Made by a program: the position numbers and the translations under genes
Part shown: positions 24,764-26,081 of the stretch, piece after piece
Numbering within the stretch: the stretch's first letter is position 1
How the letters are laid out: each line of letters opens with the position of its first letter
IMG/VR virus record: IMGVR_UViG_3300011339_000722
Span: 1 to 26,081 of that record
Length of the DNA stretch: 26,081 bases
DNA from: a virus
Lineage: Duplodnaviria > Caudoviricetes
Strand: one strand, 5' to 3'
The notes under the pieces: model-generated
What the model saw: the letters and a program-made list of their open reading frames with translations, nothing else
Told to the model about the DNA's origin: nothing
The model's database searches: none

Positions 24764-24937
24764 ATGAAGAAGTATTTAGTATGTTATTGGGTTGAGCGTA
24801 ACGATGTTGCGACAGACCTTGAGGACATTGTCGAGGCAGACAATATCAGCGAAGCACTTGAGAAGTTCAAAGCTTCAACAGTATTCAAATCAATAGATAG
24901 TATTAGTGAAACAATAAACTTTGAATTTATACCATGA
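24764..24937 (+). CDS. 57-aa hypothetical protein
   Basis: Hand translation MKKYLVCYW...IVEADNISEALEKF; ATGA-coupled. Confidence 0.7.
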   Translation: MKKYLVCYWVERNDVATDLEDIVEADNISEALEKFKASTVFKSIDSISETINFEFIP

Positions 24938-25155
24938 AAAAAATAATACACGTGAATCAGCACGTAATCAAAGCCAATAGAAAGAATGGGGTTGAGAACC
25001 CTGTTCTTACTATTAAGACCTACAAGGATAACATTTATGCCCATGAGGTAGAGGTATTAGGACCGAGTAAGATTATGTATAGTCCGGATAAACCTTTGTC
25101 ATGTGGCGCTCATGTATGGATTGAAACTCAAGCAGATGTATTAATAATAAAATAA
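24934..25155 (+). CDS. Conserved phage protein
   Basis: 73 aa, IHVNQHVI..N...YSPDKPLSCGAHVWIET motif. Confidence 0.8.
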   Translation: MKKIIHVNQHVIKANRKNGVENPVLTIKTYKDNIYAHEVEVLGPSKIMYSPDKPLSCGAHVWIETQADVLIIK

Positions 25156-25161
25156 AACAAA

Positions 25162-25362
25162 ATGAAAGAAATAACAAAACCAAGGTTTATAGCATTGACA
25201 GCATTGCACAATAAAAAAACAATCTATCTAAATGTAGATATGATTGGAGACATATGGCAGGGTGAAGGCTTTTCATCAGTAGGTCATCTAACCCACAACA
25301 ATGGTGGGTTTAGAGTCACACAAGACGTAGAGGAAATATTAGATTTAATAAACAACAATTAG
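25162..25362 (+). CDS. FlbD-like small protein
   Basis: 66 aa, FIALT...IYLNVDMI...VTQDVEEILDLI pattern. Confidence 0.5.
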   Translation: MKEITKPRFIALTALHNKKTIYLNVDMIGDIWQGEGFSSVGHLTHNNGGFRVTQDVEEILDLINNN

Positions 25363-25367
25363 AAATT

Positions 25368-25727
25368 ATGGGAAGATATTATTCAGGAATGATTGAAGGT
25401 AAGTTTTGGTTTGGACCGCAACCAAGTAATGCAGCGGGTAGATTCGGTGGCGAAGAATGTGAACCACAGTACATTGAGTACTATTTTGATGAGGATCATT
25501 TAAAAGAAGTGAATGAGGAAATTGAGGAAATTATTACTACCTTAGGGGACAAAAAGAAAATCATTGATGACTTCTTTGAGGGTAAAATATCCTACAAAGA
25601 TGAGGACTTAGAAGCCATTGGTATAACTGAGGATATGCTTAGGGATTATGTAGACTTAAAGTTAGGTATACAGATCCGGGACTGCATAGTAGAGAAAGGT
25701 CATTGTAATTTTGATGCAGAGTTATGA
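25368..25727 (+). CDS. Acidic conserved phage protein
   Basis: 119 aa, MGRYYSG.IEGKFWF motif. Confidence 0.75.
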   Translation: MGRYYSGMIEGKFWFGPQPSNAAGRFGGEECEPQYIEYYFDEDHLKEVNEEIEEIITTLGDKKKIIDDFFEGKISYKDEDLEAIGITEDMLRDYVDLKLGIQIRDCIVEKGHCNFDAEL

Positions 25728-25787
25728 GAGCGTATACCACAACAATAAGTAATCACGGAGGGTTTAACATAAATTCAAACTATCATT

Positions 25788-26078
25788 ATGAAAATACATT
25801 TAAAATTTAACCACAAAAAAGACGACACATTGGAGGCTATTGACAGCCAATACGATGGGGAAACAGTAAATAAGATAATCGAAGATATAATCAAAGATTA
25901 TTTATTAGACGACAATATTAATAAGCAAAGCCAACTATGTGAGCTTATGCATAATAGATTAGACTATGAGATTATACTATTCATGGCTATGCATTCAGTA
26001 TTAGATAGAATAAGTTTAGCAGAGGCAAATGCATTAAAAGAAAAACTAATAAAATTTTTAGAAGATGAAGGTATTTAG
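25788..26078 (+). CDS. Hypothetical protein
   Basis: 96 aa, AT-rich leader, TAG stop. Confidence 0.7.
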   Translation: MKIHLKFNHKKDDTLEAIDSQYDGETVNKIIEDIIKDYLLDDNINKQSQLCELMHNRLDYEIILFMAMHSVLDRISLAEANALKEKLIKFLEDEGI

Positions 26079-26081
26079 AAT

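Noticed and set aside
21554-25044. Antisense and alternate-frame ORFs within the early arm
   Set aside because: They overlap the coupled plus-strand gene chain and the amidoligase and GATase genes.
25724-25810. 28-codon ORF coupled to the 119-aa gene
   Set aside because: Very short, overlaps the next gene's start, and has no supporting features.
1-26081. Stop-codon reassignment as in some crAss-like phages
   Set aside because: Long genes are intact in code 11, and TAA, TGA and TAG all end genes at tight junctions.

Overview
This window comes from a tailed dsDNA bacteriophage, most likely infecting a Bacteroidota (flavobacterial) host and resembling crAss-like phages. Host evidence: TAnnTTTG -7 promoter boxes and SD-less AT-rich leaders. 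Positions 1-19200, almost all minus strand, form the late/morphogenesis arm. Read leftward it holds GroEL and GroES, a tightly packed array of about 12 tiny, mostly basic proteins (four share a DTPLAxTPEP tag), a head-spike-base protein, a holin / M15 endolysin / HNH / u-spanin-like lysis cassette, a ferritin-like protein, fibre proteins including a BspA-type LRR protein, a tandem GroES-like protein, terminase and the 5' part of the portal. Positions 19240-19840 are a strand-switch region with a GATC cluster and a compound 6/9-bp tandem repeat, a candidate terminus, pac site or origin. Positions 19838-26078 (plus strand) form the early arm. It contains a hairpin-dense ~670-nt non-coding stretch ending in a tRNA-like element, many small coupled ORFs, and an amidoligase plus class II glutamine amidotransferase pair. 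All family calls rest on motif recognition by eye; no database search was run.
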